DNA from: an uncultured archaeon
Lineage (GTDB): Archaea; Iainarchaeota; Iainarchaeia; Iainarchaeales; CSSED10-239
Assembly (NCBI GenBank): GCA_964496765.1
Contig: CAZCAP010000004.1
Span: forward strand, 22,956 to 54,955
Direction of reading: 5' to 3'
DNA length: 32,000 bases
Shown: one piece after another, positions 14,696 to 24,184 of the stretch
Numbering within the stretch: the stretch's first letter is position 1
Layout: each line of letters opens with the position of its first letter
Position numbers and translations under genes: made by a program
The notes under the pieces: generated by a model
Told to the model about the DNA's origin: nothing
Seen by the model: only the letters and a program-made list of their open reading frames with translations
The model's database searches: none

Positions 14696-14854
14696 TCATT
14701 CAATAGGAAATACATGAAGAACATTAACCTTCTTCTCTTTTCCTTTATCTTCAAAATAAATTTCATTTTTTTCTAATCTATTTATTTTAATTTTTTTACC
14801 AAAATCATTTCCTTGAATTATAATACAAGAATTTCCAACTTTTAATGCACCCAT
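14696..14854 (-). CDS. rpl14e: 50S ribosomal protein L14e (eL14), miniaturised (52 aa)
   Basis: My translation is MGALKVGNSCIIIQGNDFGKKIKINRLEKNEIYFEDKGKEKKVNVLHVFPIE. It has a KOW-like N-terminus, and KKVNVLHVFP resembles the archaeal L14e RRVNILHLEPT as I recall it. It occupies the canonical position after L34e and has a GTGA SD. It lies below the track cut-off. Confidence 0.65.
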   Translation of the reverse strand: MGALKVGNSCIIIQGNDFGKKIKINRLEKNEIYFEDKGKEKKVNVLHVFPIE

Positions 14855-14866
14855 AATTTTTCACAT

Positions 14867-15208
14867 TTATTCAATTTTTTTAATTATCATATCTATATAT
14901 TTTGTGTATCTAAAATCAACTTCTTCCTTTGTTAATAATTTATATTTAAGTAAAACTGCTGATAAATAAATATCCTTTCTACAAACTGGACAAATCATTG
15001 ACGCAAGTGGTGCTTCTGGTCTTCTTTCGGTTTTTGAAAGCTTAAGAACTTCAAAAACACGTTTTCCATGTGGCATACCGTGAAGCATTTCTTTACAAAT
15101 TGCACATTTGTGTGTTCCTGTTTTCTTTTTCACTAATTGTCTTTTAATTAATCCTCTTGGACTTCTAACTTTTTTGTGTTTTTTAAATTTTTCATTTGGG
15201 CCTGGCAT
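14867..15208 (-). CDS. rpl34e: 50S ribosomal protein L34e (eL34)
   Basis: CAICKEMLHG...ERRPEAPLASMICPVC. GGTGA SD. Confidence 0.9.
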   Translation of the reverse strand: MPGPNEKFKKHKKVRSPRGLIKRQLVKKKTGTHKCAICKEMLHGMPHGKRVFEVLKLSKTERRPEAPLASMICPVCRKDIYLSAVLLKYKLLTKEEVDFRYTKYIDMIIKKIE

Positions 15209-15231
15209 AAATTCACCTTTTTAAATAAATT

Positions 15232-15708
15232 TCATTTTACTAATTTTTCAATTATTTTATCATTTGTATTACTTGTATATTTTTCAATTAATAGCTTATC
15301 ATATAATGTACTAATTATGATTGAAACTAAAACTCCTAGGATAACATATGTCCAAAATCCATTTACTGTAAATAAACCAAAATTGTACATTATTTTTAAA
15401 TAATATTTATTAACAAACCATAGTAATGGGAATGCAATCACAAGCATAATAAGCATTGATTTCATGGACATGTTCCATTGTTCACCAACCATTTTAAATG
15501 CTTCTTTTTGTTTAGCTTTAACCTCATCCATTTTTTGTTCTTTTGCTAATTTATTCATTTCTTTTTGAATATCTTTACTTTTTTTCTTATGTGCAAAATA
15601 TCTATAGGGATCAACTGTGAAATGTTGTATTAATTTATTAAGTCCAGCAAATACAATCACAATAATTATCATATCAATCCAAACATTAACTAATGGCGCT
15701 GTAAACAT
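15232..15708 (-). CDS. DUF106 / EMC3-TMCO1-like membrane insertase homologue (archaeal Oxa1 superfamily)
   Basis: TM helix, then a K/E-rich coiled region (KKSKDIQKEMNKLAKEQK), then TM helices. Conserved position after secY. Confidence 0.75.
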   Translation of the reverse strand: MFTAPLVNVWIDMIIIVIVFAGLNKLIQHFTVDPYRYFAHKKKSKDIQKEMNKLAKEQKMDEVKAKQKEAFKMVGEQWNMSMKSMLIMLVIAFPLLWFVNKYYLKIMYNFGLFTVNGFWTYVILGVLVSIIISTLYDKLLIEKYTSNTNDKIIEKLVK

Positions 15709-15724
15709 ATTTCATATTCTCCTC

Positions 15725-17059
15725 TTAGTTATTTTTACCAACTACTTTTTTTAAGAACGAACTTGATTCAAATACTTGCTCTTTTGCAAGTTGTTCATAG
15801 AACCTATATACTATTCCAACAGTTAATAGAATTCCAATTCCAGAACCTATTGCACCAGTTAGATCAGATAAAACAGCTAATATTCCAACAAAGATTGATC
15901 CCAGAATCGTAATTGTGGGAATATATCTTTTTAGCACCGTTGCAAGCACCCTTTCATCTCTTCTAAATCCAGGCATGGACATACCCTGTGATTGCAATTG
16001 ACGAGCAACAGATTCTGAATTTTGCCCACCCAGTTCAACCCAAAATTTACCAAATACAATACATACTAAAACAAAAATCACACCGTATATAAATGCTTGA
16101 CCCCACATTCCAAAGGTTGCACCACCAAGTAACGTATTTTCAAGTAATCCATATTGTGGAGTTAGGAAAACTCCGATCTTGAAAAATAAATTTTCCAAAA
16201 AGGTCCCCTTCGCAAGATTCACAAACAGCACAACATTTGCAAATAATGTTGCTGTCAGGATTACTGGCATGTTTGAAACATATAAAAGCTTAACGGGATA
16301 TTTTGCACCCATTCCACTTCTTCCTACTGTTAAAGGAATATTAACATGCATACCCTCAACATAAACAACTACAAAAAATACAAGGAATGTAACTAGGACA
16401 GGTAATATTACTGTTGATAATAATTGCAACATAGCACCTGTTCTTAGGGTCTCAATCGCAATAAATATTAATCCTCCTGTGCTTACTGCAGATGGAAGAC
16501 TAAATACTCTCCAAAGTATTTGTTGAGCAACCCCTCCAGCAATAAATAGTCCAATTCCAGAACCAATTCCATATTTACTTACAACCTCATCTAAATATAA
16601 TAATATTATTGAACCCAAAGCTACCTGAATTACAACAAACAGCCACATACCTGGCAATGGCACAAGCATACCTACACTAACCGCAACAATTGCTTCAACA
16701 AATCCTAAAACAATTGCAACTAATTTTTGTAACAAACTAAACTTAGCTCTATCTTCAGGATTAGAAAAGTTCAGATTAATCACTTTCACTCCCACAAGCA
16801 ATTGCAAAATAATTGATGCTAAAACAATTGGACCAATTCCAAGACTAATTAGGGTACCAAGATCACTTGCCATAACTGTTTGAAAGAATTCCAAACGAAA
16901 TAAAGCAGTTGGAGATATTCCTATTAAAGCAATACTACCAAGTATAAAAAACAAAGCTAGAACAATACCTGTCCAAATTAATTTTTTCTTTATATTTGGG
17001 ACTTTTACAGGATCCTTAACTGATGGTAAGATCTTACCTAATACATCATAGAAACTCAT
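15725..17059 (-). CDS. secY: Preprotein translocase subunit SecY
   Basis: 444 aa, about 10 TM segments. 4-nt overlap with rpl15. Canonical operon position. Confidence 0.93.
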   Translation of the reverse strand: MSFYDVLGKILPSVKDPVKVPNIKKKLIWTGIVLALFFILGSIALIGISPTALFRLEFFQTVMASDLGTLISLGIGPIVLASIILQLLVGVKVINLNFSNPEDRAKFSLLQKLVAIVLGFVEAIVAVSVGMLVPLPGMWLFVVIQVALGSIILLYLDEVVSKYGIGSGIGLFIAGGVAQQILWRVFSLPSAVSTGGLIFIAIETLRTGAMLQLLSTVILPVLVTFLVFFVVVYVEGMHVNIPLTVGRSGMGAKYPVKLLYVSNMPVILTATLFANVVLFVNLAKGTFLENLFFKIGVFLTPQYGLLENTLLGGATFGMWGQAFIYGVIFVLVCIVFGKFWVELGGQNSESVARQLQSQGMSMPGFRRDERVLATVLKRYIPTITILGSIFVGILAVLSDLTGAIGSGIGILLTVGIVYRFYEQLAKEQVFESSSFLKKVVGKNN

Positions 17060-17430
17060 TCAACCTTCCCTCCAGCCTTCTCAATCTTTGTTTTTGCTGT
17101 GTCAGTGAATTTTGCATTTTTAATTATTAATGGTTTTCTAATGTTTCCTGATCCTAATATTTTATCAAAACCTAATTGCTTCAAATCAATTTCCCTATTA
17201 TTTCCTGCTAATTTTTCAAGATTGGTTAAATTAATTTCAAGTAATTTTGTTTTTGCTTTTAATCTAATTTTAGTATTACAATTTACATATGGCAAAAATT
17301 TACCTCTCTTATGTTTAAAGGATCCAGCTCTACCACGTCCACCATTACTACCTGCACCTCTATGATTTTTGGTATTACCCTTACCGTGCGTACGGTGTCC
17401 TCTTAATCTATCAACTTTTGATTTACTCAT
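17056..17430 (-). CDS. rpl15: 50S ribosomal protein L15 (uL15)
   Basis: RLRGHRTHGKGNTKNHRGAGSNGGRGRAG. Confidence 0.92.
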   Translation of the reverse strand: MSKSKVDRLRGHRTHGKGNTKNHRGAGSNGGRGRAGSFKHKRGKFLPYVNCNTKIRLKAKTKLLEINLTNLEKLAGNNREIDLKQLGFDKILGSGNIRKPLIIKNAKFTDTAKTKIEKAGGKVE

Positions 17431-17447
17431 AGTATCACAAATTTTAT

Positions 17448-17909
17448 TTAAATCATTTTTTTAATTAATTTATTAATGTGCTCTTGTCTATTTCCAAGTG
17501 CACCCCCAATAGAAAATGGATTCTTAATTCCTTTTCTCTCATACCCTTTTCTTGGTGGTCTAAGTCTGAATACTGGTTTTAAATTTAATGTTTTTACTGT
17601 TGTTTTACCTGAAATTAAATCTTCAGCAACTTTTTTTGCTTTCGTTTCATCATACATTTCTGAAAATGCAATTAATTTTCTTTCAGAATTATAGGCATTA
17701 CCTCTCTTAAGCAAAAGTTTTGTTAACGTATCAGCATCAATTATTCCCCAGGTAATGTAATCTTTTCCTTTTTTCAACATACCCGCAATTTTATCTGATT
17801 CCTTATATAAAACGCAATGATTAACTCTCGTTAAATTCAATAATTCAATAGTGTCTTCAATATCTCTATTAACACTAATTTTCCCTCTAATTCTTATTAT
17901 TGCATACAT
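17448..17909 (-). CDS. rpl30: 50S ribosomal protein L30 (uL30)
   Basis: MYAIIRIRGKISVNRDIEDTIELLNL.R.NHCVL. Confidence 0.92.
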   Translation of the reverse strand: MYAIIRIRGKISVNRDIEDTIELLNLTRVNHCVLYKESDKIAGMLKKGKDYITWGIIDADTLTKLLLKRGNAYNSERKLIAFSEMYDETKAKKVAEDLISGKTTVKTLNLKPVFRLRPPRKGYERKGIKNPFSIGGALGNRQEHINKLIKKMI

Positions 17910-17939
17910 ACGTAATCAAACCTTATTTTTATTTTATAA

Positions 17940-18680
17940 TTATTCCTCTTTTGCTTTAAGTTTATCTGAAAGTTTTAATTTTGATAAATTTGCAAGTGCG
18001 TCAATTGTTGCTTTTACAAAATTTAATTTAGTATCAGTTGAACCCCTTGTTTTTGACCAAACATCCTTAACACCAGCAATCTCTAAAACCGGTTTAATTG
18101 CATCAGATACTGCAAGCCCAAGTCCATTAGGTGCAGGAAGCAATTCAACTCTCAGAGATGCGCATTTTCCAATAGTTTGATAAGGTATTGAATGTTTGTT
18201 GGTACAATTACATTCCCAACTTCCACAACCTCTTTTAACATAGGTCATATTTAATTTAGCATCCTGTACACCTTTTTCTTGAGCACTGATTCTTTCAATA
18301 TTTTTACCAGATCCAATGCCAATGTGACCATTGCCATCTCCAACAATTACAGAAACTCTGAATGAAAAATGACGACCAGCTCTTGTAACTCTAGTTGTTT
18401 TCTTAATATCAACAACCTTAATTTTTAAATCAGGAATTAGGAAATCAATAATTTGTGGTTCCATAATTTTTCCTATCCTCTTAGCATCATCCAGTGAAGT
18501 TATTTGTCCATCCTTAACAGCATGACCAAGCTTTGTTTTTGGTGCCCAGGTTGCTGGATCAAATGGAACGTTTAATGACCTTTCAGCTCTTACGCGTTTT
18601 TTAACAATCACTTCAGTTAAATCTTTCTCAAGATCTTTTTCTTTTTCTTTTTCAATTAAAGTTTTTTTATCAAGTGGCAT
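17940..18680 (-). CDS. rps5: 30S ribosomal protein S5 (uS5)
   Basis: W.PKTKLG...VTRAGRHFSFRVSVIVGDGNGHIGIGSGK. Confidence 0.93.
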   Translation of the reverse strand: MPLDKKTLIEKEKEKDLEKDLTEVIVKKRVRAERSLNVPFDPATWAPKTKLGHAVKDGQITSLDDAKRIGKIMEPQIIDFLIPDLKIKVVDIKKTTRVTRAGRHFSFRVSVIVGDGNGHIGIGSGKNIERISAQEKGVQDAKLNMTYVKRGCGSWECNCTNKHSIPYQTIGKCASLRVELLPAPNGLGLAVSDAIKPVLEIAGVKDVWSKTRGSTDTKLNFVKATIDALANLSKLKLSDKLKAKEE

Positions 18681-18696
18681 ATATTATCATTTTTAT

Positions 18697-19206
18697 TTAT
18701 ATTTTTATTATTTTTTGTTTTAATTCATCAAAATCTTTAGTAATGTTATTTTTTAAGTATTTAGAGATTTCTTCTCCCTTTATCCTTTCCTCACTAGGAA
18801 AAGCTTCTTCACTGTAGGGTACGTCCAATCCAGAATCAACAATTGCCTTCAAACCAGCAAACATTTTATTCCCTGATTTTACGTTACGCCCAATATCAAA
18901 TACAACTTCTTTAATTCCTTTCTTTTTTGCAGATGAACATAGCAATAGTGATGTAAGATAAATTGCTGGAGTATTTTTTAAACTATACTTCCAACCTAAT
19001 TTCTTAAGATCATTACTAGTTATTGAAATAATGGTTATGTCACCATCTTTTTTGTATTCAATTATTTGTGCTCTAACAAGTTTGTTTGAAATTCTCAGAA
19101 CAAATCTATTTTTCTCTGATTTCAAGATTGCAAGTCTTTTAGAGTAATTTGTTTTTTGTTCTCTCTTTCTTCTAAACTCAACAGAGTATATTGGACCACT
19201 CTTCAT
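18697..19206 (-). CDS. rpl18: 50S ribosomal protein L18 (uL18)
   Basis: FRRKREQKTNYSKRLAILKS.K.R.V.R.SNK...AQII. GGTGA SD. Confidence 0.92.
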   Translation of the reverse strand: MKSGPIYSVEFRRKREQKTNYSKRLAILKSEKNRFVLRISNKLVRAQIIEYKKDGDITIISITSNDLKKLGWKYSLKNTPAIYLTSLLLCSSAKKKGIKEVVFDIGRNVKSGNKMFAGLKAIVDSGLDVPYSEEAFPSEERIKGEEISKYLKNNITKDFDELKQKIIKI

Positions 19207-19223
19207 AATTATTTCACCATTAT

Positions 19224-19670
19224 TTATTTAATTTCATTAACATATTCTTCTAGATGTTTTTTACCTCTAAAATAGTTTCCTTTAACCATTCTATAGAGTT
19301 TATGATAGTTTTTATCATTTAAAGCATTTTTGTCTTTAATTTCTTTAAGTTTTTTTCTTAATCCTCTGATTTTTAAATTGTAAATATTGTCTTTTTGTCT
19401 TGCTTTTGGAGTTCCTTTTCTTTTACCATGCCCTCTTTTTCTTTTTAGTTTCTTTTTTTCAAGAAGTATCCTTGCTCTTCCTCTTGATTGACCAGTATCT
19501 TTTCTTGTTTCAACAATCCCAGCGACAATTATTTTTCTGCCATCTTCTCTGGTTATTGCATCATCAACCATTTTCTTATTATCTGCATATTTTTCATTAT
19601 TAATTACAAGTCTGTTTTTACCAACTCTTAATAATTTGCTTGACATTTCAATAAGTTTATTTTGTTTCAT
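19224..19670 (-). CDS. rpl19e: 50S ribosomal protein L19e (eL19)
   Basis: KRKRGHGKRKGTPKAR...IRGLRKKLKE...YHKLYRMVKGNYFRGK. Confidence 0.92.
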   Translation of the reverse strand: MKQNKLIEMSSKLLRVGKNRLVINNEKYADNKKMVDDAITREDGRKIIVAGIVETRKDTGQSRGRARILLEKKKLKRKRGHGKRKGTPKARQKDNIYNLKIRGLRKKLKEIKDKNALNDKNYHKLYRMVKGNYFRGKKHLEEYVNEIK

Positions 19671-19680
19671 ATTATTTCAC

Positions 19681-20019
19681 TTAATTTAGTACTTTAAGTC
19701 CTTTTTCTTTTGCAATTTTAGTTAATTCTTGCTTTTTCTTATCTCCAAGTCTACCAGAGAATCTAATTGCTATTTTTTCTTCTGCTATGTTTAACAAATC
19801 AGTCTTAGAAGAAACTAATACTTCAAACATCTTACTTGGATGCATTCCTCTCTCTTCCACAGGATGAGAAAAACCAACTTTTGGCATTGGACCTCTTGAT
19901 GATGATAATGTTCTGTCAATACCTCTTGGAAATCTCCATTTTTGTAAGTCTCTTCTTCTAACATGTCTCTTATTTGTTAAGGAATAATGTCCTCTAAAGT
20001 TCGGTCTGTCATTACTCAT
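19681..20019 (-). CDS. rpl32e: 50S ribosomal protein L32e (eL32)
   Basis: QKWRFPRGID...PKVGFS.P...RGMHPSKMFEVLVSS..DL. Confidence 0.92.
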   Translation of the reverse strand: MSNDRPNFRGHYSLTNKRHVRRRDLQKWRFPRGIDRTLSSSRGPMPKVGFSHPVEERGMHPSKMFEVLVSSKTDLLNIAEEKIAIRFSGRLGDKKKQELTKIAKEKGLKVLN

Positions 20020-20047
20020 AAATATCTTCTCTCAATAATCATTATTT

Positions 20048-20623
20048 TCAAATTAATTTTTCAGTTATGTAACACCCATCATCAAATATTCTATAATCGT
20101 GTCCAATAACTTTTGTTGTCCTTTCCAGGTTCCCAGCAGTTTGTGAAACGTTATATAGGTTATGTCCAGAAACTGTGATTTCTTTTCCAGAAACAACAAC
20201 CTTAACCCCTGGCATGATTTCTGTTTGTCTTGGTTTTTTTTCTCCAAGAAAGTTCACAATTAATATTTTATCTCCTTCAACTTTAACTGTAATTGGAAAG
20301 TGAGAATAAATAACTGATAATTTATATATAAATTCCTTTGTAAATCCAAGATATGCATTTTTAATTAATTTTGTAGTTGTATTTGCAACAGAAACAAATC
20401 TTTTAGGTGTTTTTCTTGCAGTAATTATTAATTGATCATCCTTATTTTCAATCAAAATATACACTTGATTATAGGGTATAACCTGAATAATTCCTTTTGA
20501 TTCAAGAGAGATTGTGTTTTTATCAATGGTAACCTTTACACCCTCAGGAACTGCAAGAGAGTTACTATGCAACTCTTTTTTTATTTTTGGTTTAATTTCT
20601 TTTACAATTTTTGTTTTAACCAT
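20048..20623 (-). CDS. rpl6: 50S ribosomal protein L6 (uL6)
   Basis: VPEGVKVTIDKNTISLESKG...HFPITVKVEGDKILI.NFLGEK. Confidence 0.92.
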   Translation of the reverse strand: MVKTKIVKEIKPKIKKELHSNSLAVPEGVKVTIDKNTISLESKGIIQVIPYNQVYILIENKDDQLIITARKTPKRFVSVANTTTKLIKNAYLGFTKEFIYKLSVIYSHFPITVKVEGDKILIVNFLGEKKPRQTEIMPGVKVVVSGKEITVSGHNLYNVSQTAGNLERTTKVIGHDYRIFDDGCYITEKLI

Positions 20624-20641
20624 AATTATTCCTACTTTAAT

Positions 20642-21031
20642 TTAATAAACAAATGCAATTAATCTGCCACCAAGTTTGTTTTTCTTAGCTTCAACGTGAG
20701 TCATAATACCCTTGGTTGTGCTTACAACCAATAAACCAACATCTCTTGAAATTAAAAATGACTTTTCAAATTTTTCATAGTCACCGTGTTTTACAGCAAA
20801 TCTAGGTTTGATTGATTTACACTTATTTATCTTACCATCAAGATAAATAATTAATTTCTTGTGTGGTTTTTTGTCTATGACTTTATAGTTAGCTATATAA
20901 CCTTCATCCTTCAACACCTTGATTACTCCTTCAAGGAAATTGGAGTGACTTAAAGCACACGTCCTTTTTGCAACGTTTTCCGCATTGTTTATGTTATTTA
21001 ATGCATCTGAAACTGGATCATTTAAACTCAT
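20642..21031 (-). CDS. rps8: 30S ribosomal protein S8 (uS8)
   Basis: MSLNDPVSDALNNINNAE...VLKDEGYI. The track start at 21040 is a GTG inside GGTGA, so ATG 21031 is preferred. Confidence 0.92.
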   Translation of the reverse strand: MSLNDPVSDALNNINNAENVAKRTCALSHSNFLEGVIKVLKDEGYIANYKVIDKKPHKKLIIYLDGKINKCKSIKPRFAVKHGDYEKFEKSFLISRDVGLLVVSTTKGIMTHVEAKKNKLGGRLIAFVY

Positions 21032-21061
21032 TAACTTCACCTAATATATAAATTTTACCCC

Positions 21062-21244
21062 TTAATCATATTTTTTAAAACCTAACTCTTCTGCATAATC
21101 ATTAAAGCATCTTCTACAAATGTATATGTTATATTTTCTTATAAGACCTCTTTGGGACCCACAAAATCTACATTTTCTTGCTCTCTTAAGTTCTTTACTT
21201 GTCTTGCTTAAGACTGGTCTTTTTGATTTTGTATCTGTACTCAT
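21062..21244 (-). CDS. rps14: 30S ribosomal protein S14 (uS14, zinc type)
   Basis: CRFCGSQRGLIRKYNIYICRRCF. Confidence 0.92.
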   Translation of the reverse strand: MSTDTKSKRPVLSKTSKELKRARKCRFCGSQRGLIRKYNIYICRRCFNDYAEELGFKKYD

Positions 21245-21798
21245 TCAATCACGACCTTTAAATTTTCTTTTGCAAAATTCATAGCATCTTCTTTTGTTAT
21301 TAAATGCTTTTTTCCAACTTTTGCATATTTTAATTTTCTTAATTTTACTCTATAACCTTTTCTTCTAAGAGATATGCAAACATCGAAACCCCTTATCCCA
21401 AGCTCTGGATTGTATTTAATTCCAGGAACATCTAAGTATTCCTTAATACCATATGAAAAATTACCATCCTTTGAAAAAGATTTTTTCTTCATAACATATT
21501 TTTTTGCTTTTAATGTTAATTCTATAAAATCATTTGCCTCTTTACCCCTAAGAGTTGTTTTACAACCAATTGGAAGGCCAGGTCTAATACCCCAGGTAGG
21601 AAGTTTAACCTTACATTTAGTTTTAACTCCGTGTTTTTTTGTAACTAATTCAAGAATCTTTACTGCTCTTTCTAGTTCAGCACCTGATTCTCCAACACCA
21701 ATGTTAACAACAACCTTGTCAACATATATATCCCTCATTAGGTTTTTTTCTGATTTAACCTTTGGTTCTTTTTTAATTTCTTGTTTTTTGTCTTCCAT
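21241..21798 (-). CDS. rpl5: 50S ribosomal protein L5 (uL5)
   Basis: MRDIYVDKVVVNIGVGESG...GNFSYGIKE...GFDV. Confidence 0.92.
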   Translation of the reverse strand: MEDKKQEIKKEPKVKSEKNLMRDIYVDKVVVNIGVGESGAELERAVKILELVTKKHGVKTKCKVKLPTWGIRPGLPIGCKTTLRGKEANDFIELTLKAKKYVMKKKSFSKDGNFSYGIKEYLDVPGIKYNPELGIRGFDVCISLRRKGYRVKLRKLKYAKVGKKHLITKEDAMNFAKENLKVVIE

Positions 21799-21813
21799 AA
21801 AATCTCACGAAAT

Positions 21814-22503
21814 TTAATTAATAACTATTACGTTTTTTTCAATAGTCTCAAATTCAAAGCTTTTTGTTTTTGCTTTAATCAATTCATATTTTTGCATAGT
21901 TCCGGGAGTAACTGCTGTTATTTTTCCAATTTCTCCAACATGCTTCCCACTAATTACAAGAATTTCACTCCCTTTTTCAAGTGGATAATATTCTTTTATT
22001 GTTCCTTCAATTAAATCAACCTTAATTGATGCTTTTGGTTTATATGCTTTGTTTGTGGTAAGAATTGCTCTACCATCATTTGTAACTAATTGGATTTGTC
22101 CCTTCTTAACAACATATTTTTTTAATATTTTACAAACTTTATAGTTTGATTCTTCTTTAGTAATTTCTTTAACAGAATAAGATCCATTACTTGTTGAAAT
22201 AATTTTATAGTATTTGTTAATTTTTGGGATTTCAATAACATCAAATAATCCAACTGGTAATCTATGATCATATACCTTTTTTTTATCAACAATTATTTCT
22301 CTATTATTGATTATATATTTAATTTCTCTTGCATTGTCTGCTAGATGTAAAATATCTCTAATTACAAAACCAATTGATATGGCTGTTAATTTACTATGTT
22401 TTCCTGATTTTGGATTAATTAAAAATCTTTTAGTTTTATCTATTCCAGATACTTTTTGAGCTTTCTGAAGCTTTAAACATTTTGTTTCGCCTTTATTTGC
22501 CAT
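21814..22503 (-). CDS. rps4e: 30S ribosomal protein S4e (eS4)
   Basis: MANKGETKCLKLQKAQK... matches the S4e N-terminal pattern (MARKG.K.HLKR). There is a KOW-like segment near the C-terminus. The track start at 22572 would overlap rpl24 by 68 nt. Confidence 0.9.
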   Translation of the reverse strand: MANKGETKCLKLQKAQKVSGIDKTKRFLINPKSGKHSKLTAISIGFVIRDILHLADNAREIKYIINNREIIVDKKKVYDHRLPVGLFDVIEIPKINKYYKIISTSNGSYSVKEITKEESNYKVCKILKKYVVKKGQIQLVTNDGRAILTTNKAYKPKASIKVDLIEGTIKEYYPLEKGSEILVISGKHVGEIGKITAVTPGTMQKYELIKAKTKSFEFETIEKNVIVIN

Positions 22504-22504
22504 T

Positions 22505-22894
22505 TTATTCCACCTTCTTATTGGTTGGTGTTTTTTTAATTGATTTGTGTTTTTTTGAGATTCTTTTAACATCTGTTAAAACAACATCTATTATTAATAA
22601 ATTAGATGCCATGAATGGTAATAATTTTTCTTGACCTCTATTATTGCTACGTTTAATATCTTTAATGAAAACTCTTTCTTTTGTATAATTTACTTTTTCA
22701 ATTTTGCCAGTTTTCCCTTTATTTTCTCCAGTCATTATTTTAACTGTATCTCCTTTTCTAACAGAAAGTCTTTTTTTCCCAACACTTGCAAATAATTTCT
22801 TATCAAGTGGAGCTGTTAATACTTTCTTTTTATTATGATATATAGTATTATATAATCTTTTTCTTTGCTTACCAGGATTAATTGTTTTTTCCAT
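22505..22894 (-). CDS. rpl24: 50S ribosomal protein L24 (uL24)
   Basis: KOW motif VRKGDTVKIMTGENKGKTGKIEKV. Confidence 0.92.
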   Translation of the reverse strand: MEKTINPGKQRKRLYNTIYHNKKKVLTAPLDKKLFASVGKKRLSVRKGDTVKIMTGENKGKTGKIEKVNYTKERVFIKDIKRSNNRGQEKLLPFMASNLLIIDVVLTDVKRISKKHKSIKKTPTNKKVE

Positions 22895-22920
22895 ATATAA
22901 TCTTTCTTTTATTTATAAAT

Positions 22921-23319
22921 TTAAATAACTGCTGATGATAATCCAGCAATCTTTGAATATCTTTCTCCAACTTCCTTTGCAACACAGCCTTTTACTTCTG
23001 ATGCCTTAGGGAACCCCTTTGGATCAGTTAAAACAACTGCATTATCTTCAAAACAAATTCTTAGGCCATTAGCTCTTCTGTATTCTTTTTTAACCCTAAC
23101 AACAACTGCTCTTTCAATTTTTTTTTTCATTGAAGGATTACCTTTTTTTACAACAACATTCACCATAGTTCCTATTCCTGCCTCTGGATGTTGTCTTTTT
23201 CTAGTTTTTTGATTAAATACAGAAATTATTTCAACAATTTTTGCACCACTATTATCTGCACAATTACATCTTGATCCAACCTGAAGACATCTAACAACAT
23301 TTGCACTAATTTGTTTCAT
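22921..23319 (-). CDS. rpl14: 50S ribosomal protein L14 (uL14)
   Basis: CADNSGAKIVEIISV... GGTGAT SD inside the rps17 3' end. Confidence 0.93.
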   Translation of the reverse strand: MKQISANVVRCLQVGSRCNCADNSGAKIVEIISVFNQKTRKRQHPEAGIGTMVNVVVKKGNPSMKKKIERAVVVRVKKEYRRANGLRICFEDNAVVLTDPKGFPKASEVKGCVAKEVGERYSKIAGLSSAVI

Positions 23320-23669
23320 TCTTCATCACCTACTTTTGGAATTGTTTCTGCTAATTTTTCTGTTTGTTTTTCTTTTTTAATGTTTGTTGGATCTACTTTT
23401 TTAATTATAATCATAGATTTAGTTTTACTTATTTTTCTTGTTTCTCCACAAAGAACAACATCCCCAACAACCACAGTGATTTCCTCAGGAACATGAACCG
23501 CAAAGGTGCTTTTCTTAACACGATATCTTTCATATTTGGGAACAAATTTAATTGTTTTAACTTCAACATGAGCAGTTTTCTTAGATTTCATTCTAATTAT
23601 TTTTGCTTCAATTAATTTTCCTCTTATTGAAAAATTTTCTTTATCTTTATTTATTGTATCTTTTTTCAT
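23316..23669 (-). CDS. rps17: 30S ribosomal protein S17 (uS17)
   Basis: GKLIEAKIIRMKSKKTAHVEV....VPKYERY......AVH.P. Confidence 0.92.
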   Translation of the reverse strand: MKKDTINKDKENFSIRGKLIEAKIIRMKSKKTAHVEVKTIKFVPKYERYRVKKSTFAVHVPEEITVVVGDVVLCGETRKISKTKSMIIIKKVDPTNIKKEKQTEKLAETIPKVGDEE

Positions 23670-23866
23670 TTAAGATCACGCATTATTTCCATATTTAATA
23701 TTTCTTTTTTTTTAATTATAATTAATTTATTGGTTTTAGTTCTAATTGTTAATAATTCTTTTGTTTCATTGATTATAAGTCCACAAATTCCAACCTTACT
23801 TAAATCACTTGAACTTACAATCTTTACATTCTTTCCTAATTGCTCAAGATCTTTTACATTAAGCAT
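23666..23866 (-). CDS. rnp1: RNase P protein component 1 (Rpp29/Pop4), short form
   Basis: LGKNVKIVSSSDLSKVGICGLIINETKELLTI. ATG 23866 has AGGAGT 6 nt upstream. The track start at 23896 is TTG. Confidence 0.8.
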   Translation of the reverse strand: MLNVKDLEQLGKNVKIVSSSDLSKVGICGLIINETKELLTIRTKTNKLIIIKKKEILNMEIMRDLK

Positions 23867-24164
23867 CAATAAACTCCTGTAAATATCCCTTTTCAATTAA
23901 TAGTTGTTTAACCTTATCCTTTTGGCTACCCTGGATTTCAACAATATTATTTTTTAAAGTTCCTCCACAGGCAAGCTTTTTTTTCAAAAATTTCTCAATC
24001 TCTTTCCCTTCTTCATTGGTCGTAAATCCAGAGATTGTAGTTACAAATTTTTTAAATTTTTTTCTTTGAATTGCAATCTTTATGTGTTGTGACTCTTTTG
24101 ATCTTGCACCACAAGTACATATACTTTTTGGCAAATGGCATGTTGGACAAATTTCATTTATCAT
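23859..24164 (-). CDS. sui1: Translation initiation factor aIF1 (SUI1)
   Basis: N-terminal CPTC...CTC knuckle. SUI1 fold IKIAIQRKKFKKFVTTISGF...LKKKLACGGTLKNN.VEIQG. Confidence 0.9.
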   Translation of the reverse strand: MINEICPTCHLPKSICTCGARSKESQHIKIAIQRKKFKKFVTTISGFTTNEEGKEIEKFLKKKLACGGTLKNNIVEIQGSQKDKVKQLLIEKGYLQEFIDA

Positions 24165-24184
24165 TATATTATCTTTCTCCTCAT

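Noticed and set aside
21814-22572. Long N-terminal extension of S4e overlapping rpl24 by 68 nt
   Set aside because: The internal ATG at 22503 gives the canonical S4e N-terminus (MANKGETKCLKL) and starts right after the rpl24 stop. The extension is an ORF-caller artefact.
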